Assembly (NCBI RefSeq): GCF_964213995.1
Contig: NW_027591117.1
Coordinates: 62,001-113,885 of the forward strand
Direction: 5' to 3'
Length of the DNA stretch: 51,885 nt
Source of the DNA: Mustelus asterias
Taxonomy: Eukaryota
This document shows, piece after piece, positions 1-12,187 of the stretch. Position numbers and translations under genes: made by a program. Every line of letters starts with the position of its first letter. Position 1 is the stretch's first letter. Under the pieces are notes generated by a model. It saw only the letters and a list, made by a program, of their open reading frames with translations. It was not told the DNA's origin and made no database searches.

Positions 1-62
1 TGTCTCTCTGTGTGTGTGTGTCCGTGCGTGTCTGTGTGCCTCTCTCTTTGTCTGTGTGTGTG

Positions 63-94
<32 letters not shown>

Positions 95-2249
95 ATGATC
101 TGTTTGAGTGGGGGAGCAGGCACGATGGGTCAAGTGGCCTCCAACTGCACATATTTGAGATTCAAATACATTGACACACATGCATGCTGACACACACACA
201 CACACACACACAGACACACACACACACACAGAGACACACACACACACAGAGACACACACACACACAGACACAAACACACACAGAGAAAGATATACACAGT
301 ATTGATATATTTATTGACCATTTAATGTGACTGAATGCTACACATCCTGGTTTGCCGATGACACAAAACATTAGACAGCATTGTAAGCAGCATAGCTGGA
401 AACATCACATTGCAAAGAGTTATTCATATTTTGTCCATGGACAAAACTGGTGGAGAGGTTTCAGTGCAGGGAAATGTAAACTGACACAACTTAGATTTAA
501 AAGGGATAGAACAATGTACTTTAATAAATGATGAAATGACAGAAACAGTGGAAGCTCCAAATGTCCAGATATTTCACAGCTGAATTCACACAATACACAC
601 AGCAATGGGTCTGATATTGCGGAATTGTTGTAAATGTGGTGAATCTCAGTACGGAGGCTGTCTTCATGTTACAATGTTAATCTGATCACTCTCATCAAAA
701 CAGGGTCAACATTTCTGTACAATGTGAGTGAATCATCAGCTCAAATAGTTCAGGTTCAATGTTTAAAATAACCAGTCACTTTTCTGTGGCTGCTTTGGGA
801 GTGTCAGTGGAATGTAGTTTACAGTCAAGTGTGAACAATTGTATTGGGGAATAATTGGAAGCAGTTTCCATTGAGAGCTTCCTGCATTCTGGAAATGTGT
901 GTGATCCATTCAGAGATAGGAAATGGACGGATGAATAAAGATGCAGTTTGTTGTTAATTACATGAGATTGTCTGCCTTGAAGATTCACAAGTTCCATGTG
1001 CTGAGAGAAAGGAATGAATGATTAAACAATGTCTGTAATTCAAATCCTTCAGACAAGTGAAAAAGCAGGAGAACAACTGAATCCACAAACGCTGCCACAG
1101 ACAGTATTCGAAGCTTCAACTTCATGTTTGAATGTGAAGGGCTGATTGAAATAAACAGGAGGCCACACTGGGATGCTGAGCAATTTGATTCCTGTTTTTC
1201 CTAAAATTCAAAATAAAAATCTGTGATGGAACATTCCTTGGACAGAGCAGAGGGGATTTTACTCTGTATTTACCCCATTACAGTATTTGTGTTGGGAACA
1301 TTTGATGAACAGCGCAGATTAAACGTTATTCTTAACCGCTGGAATTTAAGTTGGGGGCTGATTTAATCAAACATTGAAAATAATGAGGGAAAGGGAGAGG
1401 CTGATAAAGAACAAGTTTTTCTGCTGGCTGGGAACTCTTGTCACAAGCCTACTTGTGACACTAATAAATAACATTGAAACTGTATAAAGTGTTATATACA
1501 CAGATACAGTGCTGAGGTAAAGAGAAATGGAGACATGCTCCACATTCATTACCCAGACATGGTCTAGTTTATTTTTTATAAAGAGTGACATGGTTAAATG
1601 CAGTGATAATTTAAGCAGGTTCCCTCCCTAACAGCACTGTGGGTGTACCTACACCACATAGACAGCAGCGGGTTCAAGACGGCAGCTCACCACCACCTTC
1701 TCCAGGGCAACTAGGAATGGGCAATAAATGCTGACCTAGCCAGTGACACCCACATCACAAGAATCAATAAATATTCATCTAACCCAGCACATTGTCCAAT
1801 GAAATATCAATCCATACATGGTATTAATACAGTGAGAACTCAAAAAGGGTTGATTGTAGTGTCCACAGCAGCATGGTGTAATGTAGTATTCACTGAGACA
1901 ACTGAGCGTATAAACAGCGACTGGGTTGAGTGCAGTGATAACTGGGAAAGGAGCAAATGTCCGGGATTCTCCGGCTGTTCACTCGTGGGGAATTCTCTGC
2001 TCTCGTTCCCCTGCCTCTGGTTTCCTGCTAGCGTGAGGTGACTTCAATGGGAAATCCCATTGACAGCGACAGGACCAAAAACTCCCTCTGCTAGTGAACG
2101 GTGTGTCACCTCTCACTGCCCAGAAAGCTGCTGAGGGGAGACTGGAGGATCCCAGAAACTATGTTAAAAACAGCCATATTGGCACCAGCAGGAAAATATT
2201 ACATCCCAAACTCAGTAATATTCACAATGATATTCTCCAATCAGCTGAA

Positions 2250-4590
2250 GGGCAGAATTTACTGATACAAGACCCAGATTGTAATAACTGAGAGAGGTTT
2301 AGGGCAGAGATTACTGATACCAGGCCCAGATTGTAATAACAGAGAGGTTTAGGGCAGAGATTACTGATACAGGACCCAGATTGTAATAACAGAGAGGTTC
2401 AGGGTAGAGATTACTAATACAATGCCCAGATTGTAATAACTGAGAGAGGTTTCGGGCAGAGATTACTGATACAGTGCCCAGATTGTCATAACAGAGAGGT
2501 TTAGGGCAGAGATTACTGATACCAGGCCCAGATTGTAATAACAGAGAGGTTTAGGGCAGAGATTACTGATACCAGGCCCAGATTGTAATAACAGAGAGGT
2601 TTAGGGCAGAGATTACTGATACCAGGCCCAGATTGTAATAACTGAGAGGTTTAGGGCAGAGATTACTGATACCAGGCCCAGATTGTAATAACTGAGAGAG
2701 GTTTAGGGCAACGTTTACTGAATCAAGGCCCAGATTGTAATAACTGGGAGAGTTGTAGGGCAGAGATTACTGATACAAAGCCCAGATTGTAATAACTGAG
2801 AGAGGTTTCAGGCAGAGATTACTGATACAAGGCCCAGATTGTCGTAACTGAGAGAGGTTTTGTGCAGAGATTACTGATACAAGTCCCAGAGTGTAATAAC
2901 TGAGAGAGGTTTAGGGCAGAGATTACTGATACAAAGCCCAGATTGTAATAACTGAGAGAGGTTTTGGGCAGAGATTACTGATACAAAGCCCAGATTGTAA
3001 TAACTGAGAGAGGTTTAGGGCAGAGATTACTGCTACAAGTCCCAGATTGTAATAACTGAGAGAAGTTTAAGGCAGAGATTACTGATATAAGTCCCAGATT
3101 GTAATAACTGAGAGAGGTTTTGTGCAGAGATTACAGATACAAGTCCCAGATTGTAATAACTGAGAGAGGTTTAGGGCAGAGATTACTGATACAAGGCCCA
3201 TATTGTAATAACCGAGAGAGGTTTAGGGCAGAGATTACTGATACAAGGCCCAGATTGTAATAACTGAGAGAGGTTTAGGGCAGTGTTTACTGACACCAGG
3301 CCCAGATTGTAACAACTTGAAGAGGTTTAGGGCAGAGATTACTGATACAAGGCCCAGATTGTAATAACTGAGAGTGGTTTAAGGCAGAGATTACTGATAC
3401 AAGGTCCAGATTCAAATAACTCAGAGAGTTTTAGGTCAGAGTTTACTGATACAAGGCCCAGATTGTAATAACTGAGAGAGGTTTAGGGCAGAGATTACTG
3501 ATACAAGGCCCAGTTTGTAATAACTGAGAGAGGTTTAGGGCAGAGATTACTGATACAAGTCCCAGATTGTAATAACTGAGAGGTGTCGGGCAGAGATTAC
3601 TGATTCCAGGCCCAGATTGTAATAACTGAGAGGTTTCAGGCAGAGATTACTGATACCAGGCCCAGATTGTAATAACTGAGAGAGGTTTAGGGCAGAGATT
3701 ACTGATACAAGGCCCAAATTGTAATAACTGAGAGAGGTTTCGGGCAGAGATTACTGATACCAGGCCCAGATTGTAATAACTGAGAGAGGTTTCGGGCAGA
3801 GATTACTGATACCAGGCCCAGATTGTAATAACTGAGAGAGGTTTCGGGCAGAGATTACTGATACAAAGCCCAAATTGTAATAACTGAGAGAGGTTTCGGG
3901 CAGAGATTACTGATACCAGGCCCAGAATGTAATAACTGAGAGAGGTTTCGGGCAGAGATTACTGATACAAGGCCCAGATTGTAATAACTGAGAGAGGTTT
4001 CGGGCAGAGATTACTGATACAAGGCCCAGATTGTAATAACTGAGAGATGTTTAGGGCAGAGATTACTGATACAAGGCCCAAATTGTAATAACTGAGAGAG
4101 GTTTCGGGCAGAGATTACTGATACAAGGCCCAGATTGTAATAACTGAGAGATTACGGGCAGAGTTTACTGATACAAGGCCCAAATTGTAATAACTGAGAG
4201 AGGTTTCGGGCAGAGATTACTGATACAAGGCCCAGATTGTAATAACTGAGAGAGGTTTCGGGCAGAGATTACTGATACAAGGCCCAAATTGTAATAACTG
4301 AGAGAGGTTTAGGGCAGAGATTACTGATACAAGTCCCAGATTGTAATAACTGAGAGAGGTTTAGGGCAGAGATTACTGATACCAGGCCCAGATTGTAATA
4401 ACTGAGAGAGGTTTCGGGCAGAGATTACTGATACAAGGCCCAGATTGTAATAACTGAGAGAGGTTTCGGGCAGAGTTTACTGATACCAGGCCCAGATTGT
4501 AATAACTGAGAGAGGTTTCAGGCAGAGATTACTGACACAAGGCCCAGATTGTAATAACTGAGAGAGGTTTTGGGCAGAGTTTACTGATAC
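2250..4590 (+). repeat. Tandem repeat, 50-52-bp unit, ~45 copies
   Basis: Unit AGAGATTACTGATACAAGGCCCAGATTGTAATAACTGAGAGAGGTTTAGGGC repeated head-to-tail. Confidence 0.97.
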
Positions 4591-4689
4591 ATGATCCCGG
4601 CAGGATTTACTGTTTGATAATCCAGCTGTTTGGCCCCGTTATGAGCACACCTTCCATGGCCATCAAGTCCGGAAGTCGGCCTTGAACCC

Positions 4690-4948
4690 TTGAAGAATGA
4701 GAGGCGATCCCATTGAAACAGACTTAAAATTCTTACAGGGTGTGACAGGGTGGATGTAGATTGGATGTTTCCCCTGGCTGGTGAGACTAGAACCAGGGGA
4801 CACAATCTCAGAATCAGGGGCAGACCATTGAAGACTGAGATGAGGAGGAATTTCTTCACTCAGAGGGCGGTGAATCTTTGGAATTTTCTATTCCATGGGG
4901 ATGTGGAAGCCCAATCATTCAGCATGTTCAAGACGCAAATCGATTGTG
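4690..4948 (+). mobile_element. CR1/HER1 LINE 3' ORF2 fragment
   Basis: TRTRGHNLRI...RRNFFTQRAVNLWN motif. Confidence 0.85.
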
Positions 4949-5080
4949 NNNNNNNNNNNNNNNNNNNNNNNNNNNNNNNNNNNNNNNNNNNNNNNNNNNN
5001 NNNNNNNNNNNNNNNNNNNNNNNNNNNNNNNNNNNNNNNNNNNNNNNNNNNNNNNNNNNNNNNNNNNNNNNNNNNNNNNN
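4949..5080. other. Assembly gap (others at 30950-31689 and 31891-32197)
   Basis: N runs. Confidence 1.
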
Positions 5081-5137
5081 TATTACTGTGTGCGTCTGAG
5101 TGTTACTGGGTGAGAATATCTGTTTCTGTGTGTTTTC

Positions 5138-5450
5138 ATAGAATCCTAGACTCCTGCAGTGCAGAAGGAGGCCATTTGGCCCATTGAGTCTGCACCGACC
5201 ACAATCCCACCCAGGCCCTATCCCCATTACCCCATGCATTTACCCGAGCTAGTCTCCCTGACGCGGAGGGACAATTTAGCACGGCCAATGCACCCTAACC
5301 AGAACGTCTTTCAGACTGTGGGAGGAAACCGGAGCACCCGGAGGAAACCCACGCAGACACGGGGAGAACGTGCAAACTCCGCACAGGCAGTGACCCAAGC
5401 CGGGAATCGAACCCGAGTCCCTGGCACTGTGAGGCAGCAGTGCTAACTGT
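5138..5450 (-). mobile_element. HE1/V-SINE-type SINE
   Basis: Reverse complement of the 21291 element. Confidence 0.85.
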
Positions 5451-6619
5451 GTGTTTGCTGTGTGTGTGTTTCAGTGTGTTTGTTTGTGTGTGTTTTTGTT
5501 ATGTTTGTGTGTGTGCTTTTTGTGTGTGTTTTATGTGTGTTTGTGTGTGCGTGCTTTGTGTGTGTGCGTGTTTTGTGTGTGTTGGTGTGTGCGTGTTTTG
5601 TGTGTGTGCGTGTTTTGTGTGCGTACGTGCCCCATGATCTGTTTGAATGCTGGTGCAGGATCGATGGGCCAAATGGCCTACACCTGCTCCTATTTTCCTT
5701 TGAGATTTAAATACATTGACAGACATGCACGCTGACACACACACACAGAAAGATATACACAGTGTGGACATATTTATTGACCACTTAATGTGACTGAATG
5801 CTACACATCCCAGTTTACCAAAGACACACAATATTCAGCAGCATTGTAAACAGCGCAGCTGGAAACATCAAATTGGGGATTTGGTTTGAAAAAGGGTCAA
5901 AGCCTCTCTTGCTAAAGGCTGTTTGTCTATATTGTGCTGACTGTGATACACTGCCATCCTCTGCTGCCTGCTGGACATTGCTCCAGCCGCAGAGAGAGTG
6001 AAGTAGATCAGAAACTCACTGGGAGAGAATGCAGCTTCACACAGTATCCATCCAAAATGACAGGAGCATCAGCAACACACACAAGCTCCGTGTGGAGACT
6101 GAGAGGGGCTCAGTGTGGAACACAAACCTTCACACTAAACCTGGAAGGACATTGATAAAGAGTTTAAAACAAAACTGTCAGGAGGAGAGGGTGCAGAATA
6201 CAGTGTTGCAGTTACCGATAGGGTATAGAGAAAGATCAGCTTAATATATGGTAGGTCCACTCAAAAATTAACATTCTGACCAAACACTAAAGCTTTCCAC
6301 AAAACAAGGCTCACAAATTCAACACCACTTTCCTTTGTCCGCTCTCCCATCATGCTGTGCGCGGAGTCTCTGATCGATGCTAAGGGCCTAGTATTTGAGG
6401 CTCTGAGCTGAACCCACAATCTGTCTAATTCTGAGGGAAGATTACTGCCACTCAGATACAGCTGGCTGCAATATCCCCTTGAAATATATCTGTTGTGTAC
6501 AGAGTCACATGTTTTCTTTTCCCTGTGTCTGCTGTCCTTAAAGAACTATTGAATAATCTAAACATCCGCATTAATGATCACAGAACAAGGCCAACATGGG
6601 GGAATCGAGTATCAGGTTT

Positions 6620-6915
6620 AAAAGTTTATTTATTAGTGTCACAAGTAGGGTTACATTAACACTGCAATGAAGTTACTGTGGAAAATCCGTAGTCGCCATG
6701 CTCTGGCGCCTGTTTGGGCAACTTGGGGAGAATTTAGCATGGCTGATACACCTAACCAGCGCGTCGTTCGAACTGTGGGAGGAAACCGCAGCACCCGGGG
6801 GAAACCCACACAGACACGGGGAGAATGTACAAACTCCACACTGACAGTGACCCAAGCCAGGAATCAAACCCGGGTCCCTGGCGCTGTGAGGCAGCAGTGT
6901 TAACCACTGTGCCGC
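6620..6915 (-). mobile_element. V-SINE with alternative tail (TTACATTAACACTGCAATGAAGTTACTG)
   Basis: Same head and core as HE1 with a different 3' tail. The tail alone recurs at ~35100, ~41080 and 45540-45800. Confidence 0.8.
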
Positions 6916-7034
6916 CCCTCATCGAAACATTGTGCAGTTGTGGAATGCACAGGATAGGAGGGATGTGATAGCACTGGAAAAGGTGCAGAGGAGATTCACC
7001 AGGATGTTGCCTGGCCTGGAGAGTTTTAGTTCAT

Positions 7035-7326
7035 AGAATCATAGAATCCCTACAGTCCAGAATGAGGCCATTCGACCCTTCAAATCTGCACGGACACTTA
7101 CCCAGGCTTACCCCGTAGCCCCACGTATTTTCCCGCTAATCCCCCTAACCTATACATCGTGGGACCCTCAGGGCAATTTTGCATGGACAATGCACCCGGA
7201 GGAAACCCACGCAGACACGGGGAGAATGTGCAAACTCCACACAGACAGTAATCCGAGGCCGGAATTGAACCCGGGTCCCTGGCGCTGTGAGGCAGCAGTG
7301 CTAACCACTGTGCTACCGTGCCGCCA
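7035..7326 (-). mobile_element. HE1/V-SINE-type SINE, internally deleted
   Basis: Head and tail match the 21291 element. Confidence 0.8.
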
Positions 7327-7356
7327 CTCGAACTGAAGAGAGATTTTATAGACTGA

Positions 7357-7490
7357 GGGTGTGATCTTACCACCTGTTGACGCCACACTCCCGCTCAGCG
7401 AGGTCGGAGAATCTGGTGACCAGCCAAATCTCCTTTCACTGCAGTGGGATGGGAAAATCCTGCCGGTCTGAACGGTGATAAGATTCCACC
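7357..7490. mobile_element. MITE-like element with imperfect terminal inverted repeats (similar element at ~1963-2153)
   Basis: GGGTGTGATCTTACCA ... TGATAAGATTCCACCC, inserted within a CR1 fragment. Confidence 0.5.
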
Positions 7491-7862
7491 CTGGGGTTGT
7501 TTTCCATGGAGCAGAGGAGGCTGAGGGGGAACATGACGGAGATGGATAAGATTATGAGGGACATCGATAGAGTAGACGGGAAGAAAGCTTTCCCCTTGGT
7601 GGTGGGATCAATGACCAGGGGGTATAGATTTAGGGTAAGGGGCAGGAGGTTTACAGGGGATGTGAGGAAAACCTTTTTCACCCAGAGGGTGGTGGGAGTC
7701 TGGAACTCTCTGCCTGAAAGGGTGGTGGAGGCAGAGACCCTCAGAACGTTTAAGAAGTGCTTAGCTATGCATTTGCAATGCCAAGGCTTACCAGGCCGTG
7801 AGCCAAGTTGGGTGATTTGTCTTTGACCGGCACAGATGCAATGGCCGAAGGGCCTTTTCTGT
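7490..7862 (+). mobile_element. CR1/HER1 LINE 3' fragment (continues the 6930-7030 piece)
   Basis: FSMEQRRLRG...FFTQRVVGVWNSLPERVVEA. Confidence 0.85.
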
Positions 7863-8534
7863 TCTCTAGACCTCCATTGCTAAAACACAACCTCACTGAC
7901 CCAGCTTCTGGTCATCCATCCAAATCTCTCCCTCCACAGCTCGGGGACAAATCCTGCCGCGCAATCTTCCTTTTAAGTGGCTTTGGACATTTTATTCTCC
8001 GTGAGGACTTGTCCGGATAGTGGCTGCTGTTGTTGTGTTTGTCTCAGTGTCAGCTCAGCAACATGGACAACATGTTAGAAATGGCCGTCTCCCAGTGAGT
8101 GTGAGGACAGGGCAGGCTTTGAGCGAGGCCTGGGCCGCTCCCTGAAGGACACAGGGCCACCATTGTGCTTTTTGCTGACAAACAGAAAGCTTTCACCCCT
8201 CTCTCTCTCTCGTGTCTCATCTCACTCACATTCTGCCACTTCCATTCACTCTGTGCTGCTTTCTGGAGGAGGCTGCCAGCTTTATCCGCCACAGAGCATC
8301 TGCCAACAAGAACATCAGATGAAACCTTCCTTTCCCCAAGTCCCTCTTTCCTCTCTGCTCCTCGCTGTCTTTCCAGAGGAAATGGGATGGGAAGCTGATG
8401 GGAAAAGATTTGCAGGGCTCCAGGGACAAGGTGGAGCAGTGGGACTGGCTCGATTGCTCTAGCAGAGAGTCAACACCAGCTGAATGGGCTGAATGGCCTC
8501 CTTCATTCTGTGGCTATTCTATGGTTGACACACA

Positions 8535-8860
8535 ATAGATAGTCAATATCTTTTCCCAAAGGTAGGGGAGTCTAAAACTCGAGGGCATAGGTTTAAGGTG
8601 AGAGGGGGGACATACAAAAGTGTCCAGAGGGGCAAACTTTTCACACAGAGAGTGACGAGCATCTGGAACAAGCTGCCAGAGGTAGTAGTAGAGATGGACA
8701 CAATTTTATCTTTTAAAAAGCATTTAGACAGTTACATAGGTAAGATAGATATAGAGGGATATGGGCCAAATGTGGGGAATTGGGACCAGCTTAGGGCTTA
8801 AAAGAAAAAGGGCAGCATGACAAGTTGGGCCAAAGGGCCTGTTTCCCTGCAGTAAACATC
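8535..8860 (+). mobile_element. CR1 LINE 3' fragment
   Basis: LFTQRVTSIWNKLPEVVVE...FKKHLD. Confidence 0.8.
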
Positions 8861-8894
8861 TATGACGCTATGACAACTTGTCATTTGGGTCTCA

Positions 8895-9532
8895 ACTTCA
8901 AGTTTCTAGGTGTCCAGATCACCAACAACCTGTCCTGGTCCCCCCCATGCCGACACTATAATTGAGAAAGCCCACCAACACGTCTACTTTCTCAGGAGGC
9001 TGAGGAAATTTGGCATGTCAGCTACGACTCTCACCAACTTCTACAGATGCACCATAGAAAGCATCCTTTCTGTATCACGGCTTGGTCTGGTTTCTGCTCT
9101 GTCCAAGACTGCAAGAAATTACAAAAGGTCGTGAATGTAGCCCCGTCCATCACGCAGACTAGCCTCCCATTCATTGACTCTGTCTACACTTCCCGCCGCC
9201 TTAGAAAAGCAGCCAGCATAATTAAGGACCTCATGCACACATTCTCTCTTCCACCTTCTTCCGTCAGGAAAAAGATACAAAGTCTGAGATCACGTACCAA
9301 CCGACTCAAGAACTTCCCTGCTGCCCTCAGACTTTTGAATGGACCTGCTACATATTAGATTTATCTTTCTCTACACCCTACCTATGACTGCAACACTAGA
9401 TTCTGCACCCTCTCTTTTACTTCTCCCCGATGTACTCTATGAACGGTATGTTTTGTCTGTACAGCATACAAGAAACAATACTTTTCACTGTATCCCAATA
9501 CATGCGACAGTAATAAATCAAATCAAATCAAA
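8895..9532 (+). mobile_element. Rex1/Babar-like LINE 3' fragment with (AAATC)n tail
   Basis: KFLG...AHQHVYFLRRLRKFGMS..TLTNFYRCTIESIL; ends AATAAATCAAATCAAATC. Confidence 0.7.
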
Positions 9533-9759
9533 ATCCTCCCAATTCTTTCCTCCACGATAGGTCGCAGCATTTAAAGAACACGCCCAGGGCCCAGTGCTGA
9601 GTCTGAGGGTATCTGACTACAGTAAGGTGAGTGATACAGGAGGGTCTCACTGTCTGAGGGAGGTGAGTCTTAGCCGGGGGGGGGCGTGAGTGACCCAGGT
9701 TAATCTGACACTCCAGGGACAGTTGGAATGGAGCTTTCCCCCGGGCTGTCCCCTCCCCG

Positions 9760-9955
9760 TGTCTGCGTGGGTTTCCTCCGGGTGCTCCGGTTTCCTCCCA
9801 CAGTCTGAAAGATGTGCCGGTTAGGGTGCATTGGCCGTGCTAAATTCTCCCTCAGTGTAACCCGAACAGGCGCCGGAGTGTGGGCGACTAGGGGATTCTC
9901 ACAGTAACTTCATTGTAGTGTTAATGTAAGCCTACTTCTGACACTAATAAATAAA
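9760..9955 (+). mobile_element. 5'-truncated V-SINE (alternative tail)
   Basis: Core GTGTCTGCGTGGGTTTCCTCCGGGTGCTCC plus tail CAGTAACTTCATTGTAGTGTTAATGTAAGCC. Confidence 0.8.
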
Positions 9956-10139
9956 CTGAAACTGAAGGTCAAGGTGCTGCTGTGACAATGCACTCTTGTT
10001 TAAACACTCTGCAATGCTGAGACTGGGAGAAGTGACCACCAGGGGCAGCATTGCAGCTTCTGTCCCCCTATTGAAACTGGGATTGTTGCTCCATCTGCTG
10101 CACAATCCCAACCCCATCCACTGGGGGCAATCTGGACAA

Positions 10140-10480
10140 TGGCTGCAGACAGACCTCACTGCGCGTGCGCCGCAATGACACCCGCCGCCGGCGGCCATCT
10201 TGCGTTGCCAAGGGAGACGGCCAGCGGCCATATTCCGTTGCCAAGGGAGACGGCGGCCATCTTGCGTTGCCAGGGGAGACGGCATCAATGCGGCGGCGTC
10301 CCGCGCGCTGACCTCTGGGAGCATTCCCGTCCCGCACATGCGCACAGGCAGCCCTTCCCCCTCGACTGACCCCCCCTGTTGTCCCGCCAACGAGCATGGG
10401 CCGGGCCGGAGTGGGCAAGAGGTGACACTGGGAGGAGCAGCCCCCCCCCCCCCCCGGGAGCGTTACAGCGACGCCTGGTG
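10140..10480. promoter_or_regulatory. CpG island with three tandem YY1-like + RFX X-box-like units and NRF1-like motifs
   Basis: GCGGCCATCTTGCGTTGCCAAGGGAGACG-like units at 10191, 10224, 10253; TGCGCGTGCGC at 10160. Confidence 0.6.
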
Positions 10481-11493
10481 GCCAGGAAGGGCAATAGCAG
10501 CAGCACAGTCTCTGCCCAAAGGCTTCCCCAGTTCAGCTGCTCAGAGACACTGGGAATGTCTTCAAGTGGAAACTTCAGCTTCTCACATTCACCCCCTGTG
10601 TTCAGTCATTGTTTCCTAGACAAAGTAGTGAAGAACATTGGGAGAACATGCTTCCAGCTTAAGAATTCCACAAAATCAGCAGAATTGTAAAATTATGTCA
10701 ACTCTTGTTCTCTGATGTGAAGAAGTAATTTTATATCATGGGCAGTCCTCATTTATTGGGAGACTAAGAGGCGTTACCCAATGACAGGATTGGCTTGTTT
10801 CTCAGTGTTGTCAAGAATTGGCCACCGAACAATATTGGTTGTAGCCCAATAACTTTACCTGCTCCTGCCTGTCTTTCTCTGCGCCTCTGGGTCTCTGTTC
10901 ACCTCGGTGTCCATCCTGCACTCTCAATATTTTGGTGGCTAATGTCTGTCTCCTCTCTCTGTGTCTCAAAGCCCCTCTCTCCCTCAACCGTTTTCCAGCA
11001 ACGTGCAGAATTTAGAACATGCAATTTCTCCCAGTCTCCTATTTCAATAAATTCCCCAAGCCCCATTAGGGGACAGCTGATATGTTAGCCAAAATATCAT
11101 CATGACAACTCTGGGGAAAGTTTAAAATTGAAGCAGGTGCACTGCAATCCGACAATCTGTCAGATAAATGTGAGGTTGGAGTCAAATTTACATCCTTTCG
11201 ATGTGTGGAGAGAACTTTAATAAGAGATCGAATCTTAGCAGTATTGCTGTGGTTTCAAATGTTGTAACACGAATATAGTTTAACAGAAAGGCCTGGAACA
11301 TTCAAAACAGATAAAGCAATTAATTGATGAGGATTCAGACTGAAGTTCGTATTAGTTCCGTGCATGAGTCCACCTGAATTTAAGTATATTATAATAAGAA
11401 TCATGAGAACAAGAAAAAATACAGCAGCAAAATCCTGCAACAAGATCCTTCAGTAATCTGAGAATTCACTGATCTCCCATTTACCTCACATCA

Positions 11494-11507
11494 CCACCAG
11501 AGGGCGA
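11494..11507 (+). promoter_or_regulatory. CTCF-like core in a conserved intergenic block (paralogs 17367-17380 +, 24086-24099 -)
   Basis: CCACCAGAGGGCGA / CCGCCAGATGGCGG within homologous ~120-bp flanks. Confidence 0.6.
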
Positions 11508-11574
11508 TCCCTCACCGTGTTTTTGTGATCACTGTTTCAGGAGCGGGTTCCATAACACATGGATATGTTGGGGA

Positions 11575-12047
11575 GCCACAATCCAAGAGAACAGGATGAA
11601 TTATTCAATTACACAGTTAAAGGATAGAGAGCAGTAATGCAGGAGAACTCTGCTTTAATTGTTGGAATACACGATGATATGTAGCAGAGCAGTAATCTAA
11701 GAGAACTGGATTGCTTGTTGGATTACACAGTGAGATGTCACAGAGCAGTAATCAAGGAGAACTGGATTAATTGTTAGAATACACTGTAATATTTACAGAG
11801 CAGATATGGATGCTAAATTTGCAGACAACACAAAGATAGGTAGGAAGATAAATGGTGAAGTGCGTGGAAGGATACGATAAAGAAACATAAGTAGGTTAAG
11901 TGAATTGGCAAAGCTCCGCCAAATTGAGTATAATGTGGTCAAATGTGAAAATGTCCATATTGGCAGGATGAATATAAAATACACTTAATATTTAAACGGT
12001 GAAAGATTACAAAATTCTGAGGTACAGAGGGATTGGGCTGTCCTCGG
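11575..12047 (+). repeat. Degenerate 56-bp repeat (~4 copies) plus CR1 RT fragment; direct paralog of 27205-27720
   Basis: Units GAGCAGTAATC..GAGAACTGGATT..TTACACAGTGA, followed by a KFADNTK-encoding CR1 piece, as at 27481 onward. Confidence 0.8.
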
Positions 12048-12148
12048 GAGGGCTGTGTTGTTCACTGGATTTACTACAATAAAGTTTATAAAATGTCTAT
12101 CTCATTGATGAAGCACAGGCGACAAACTGTCAGGACTGCTCCCCTATA

Positions 12149-12187
12149 GGTTTTTGTACGACTCGCATTAATCTTTACAACACTGTG
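12149..12187 (-). other. 23-RSS of V1
   Basis: CACAGTG (12187-12181), 23-nt spacer, ACAAAAACC (12157-12149); perfect consensus. Confidence 0.95.

Noticed and set aside
2250-4590. CRISPR-like or J-segment array
   Set aside because: No unique spacers, no RSS, no FGxG; an ordinary tandem repeat.
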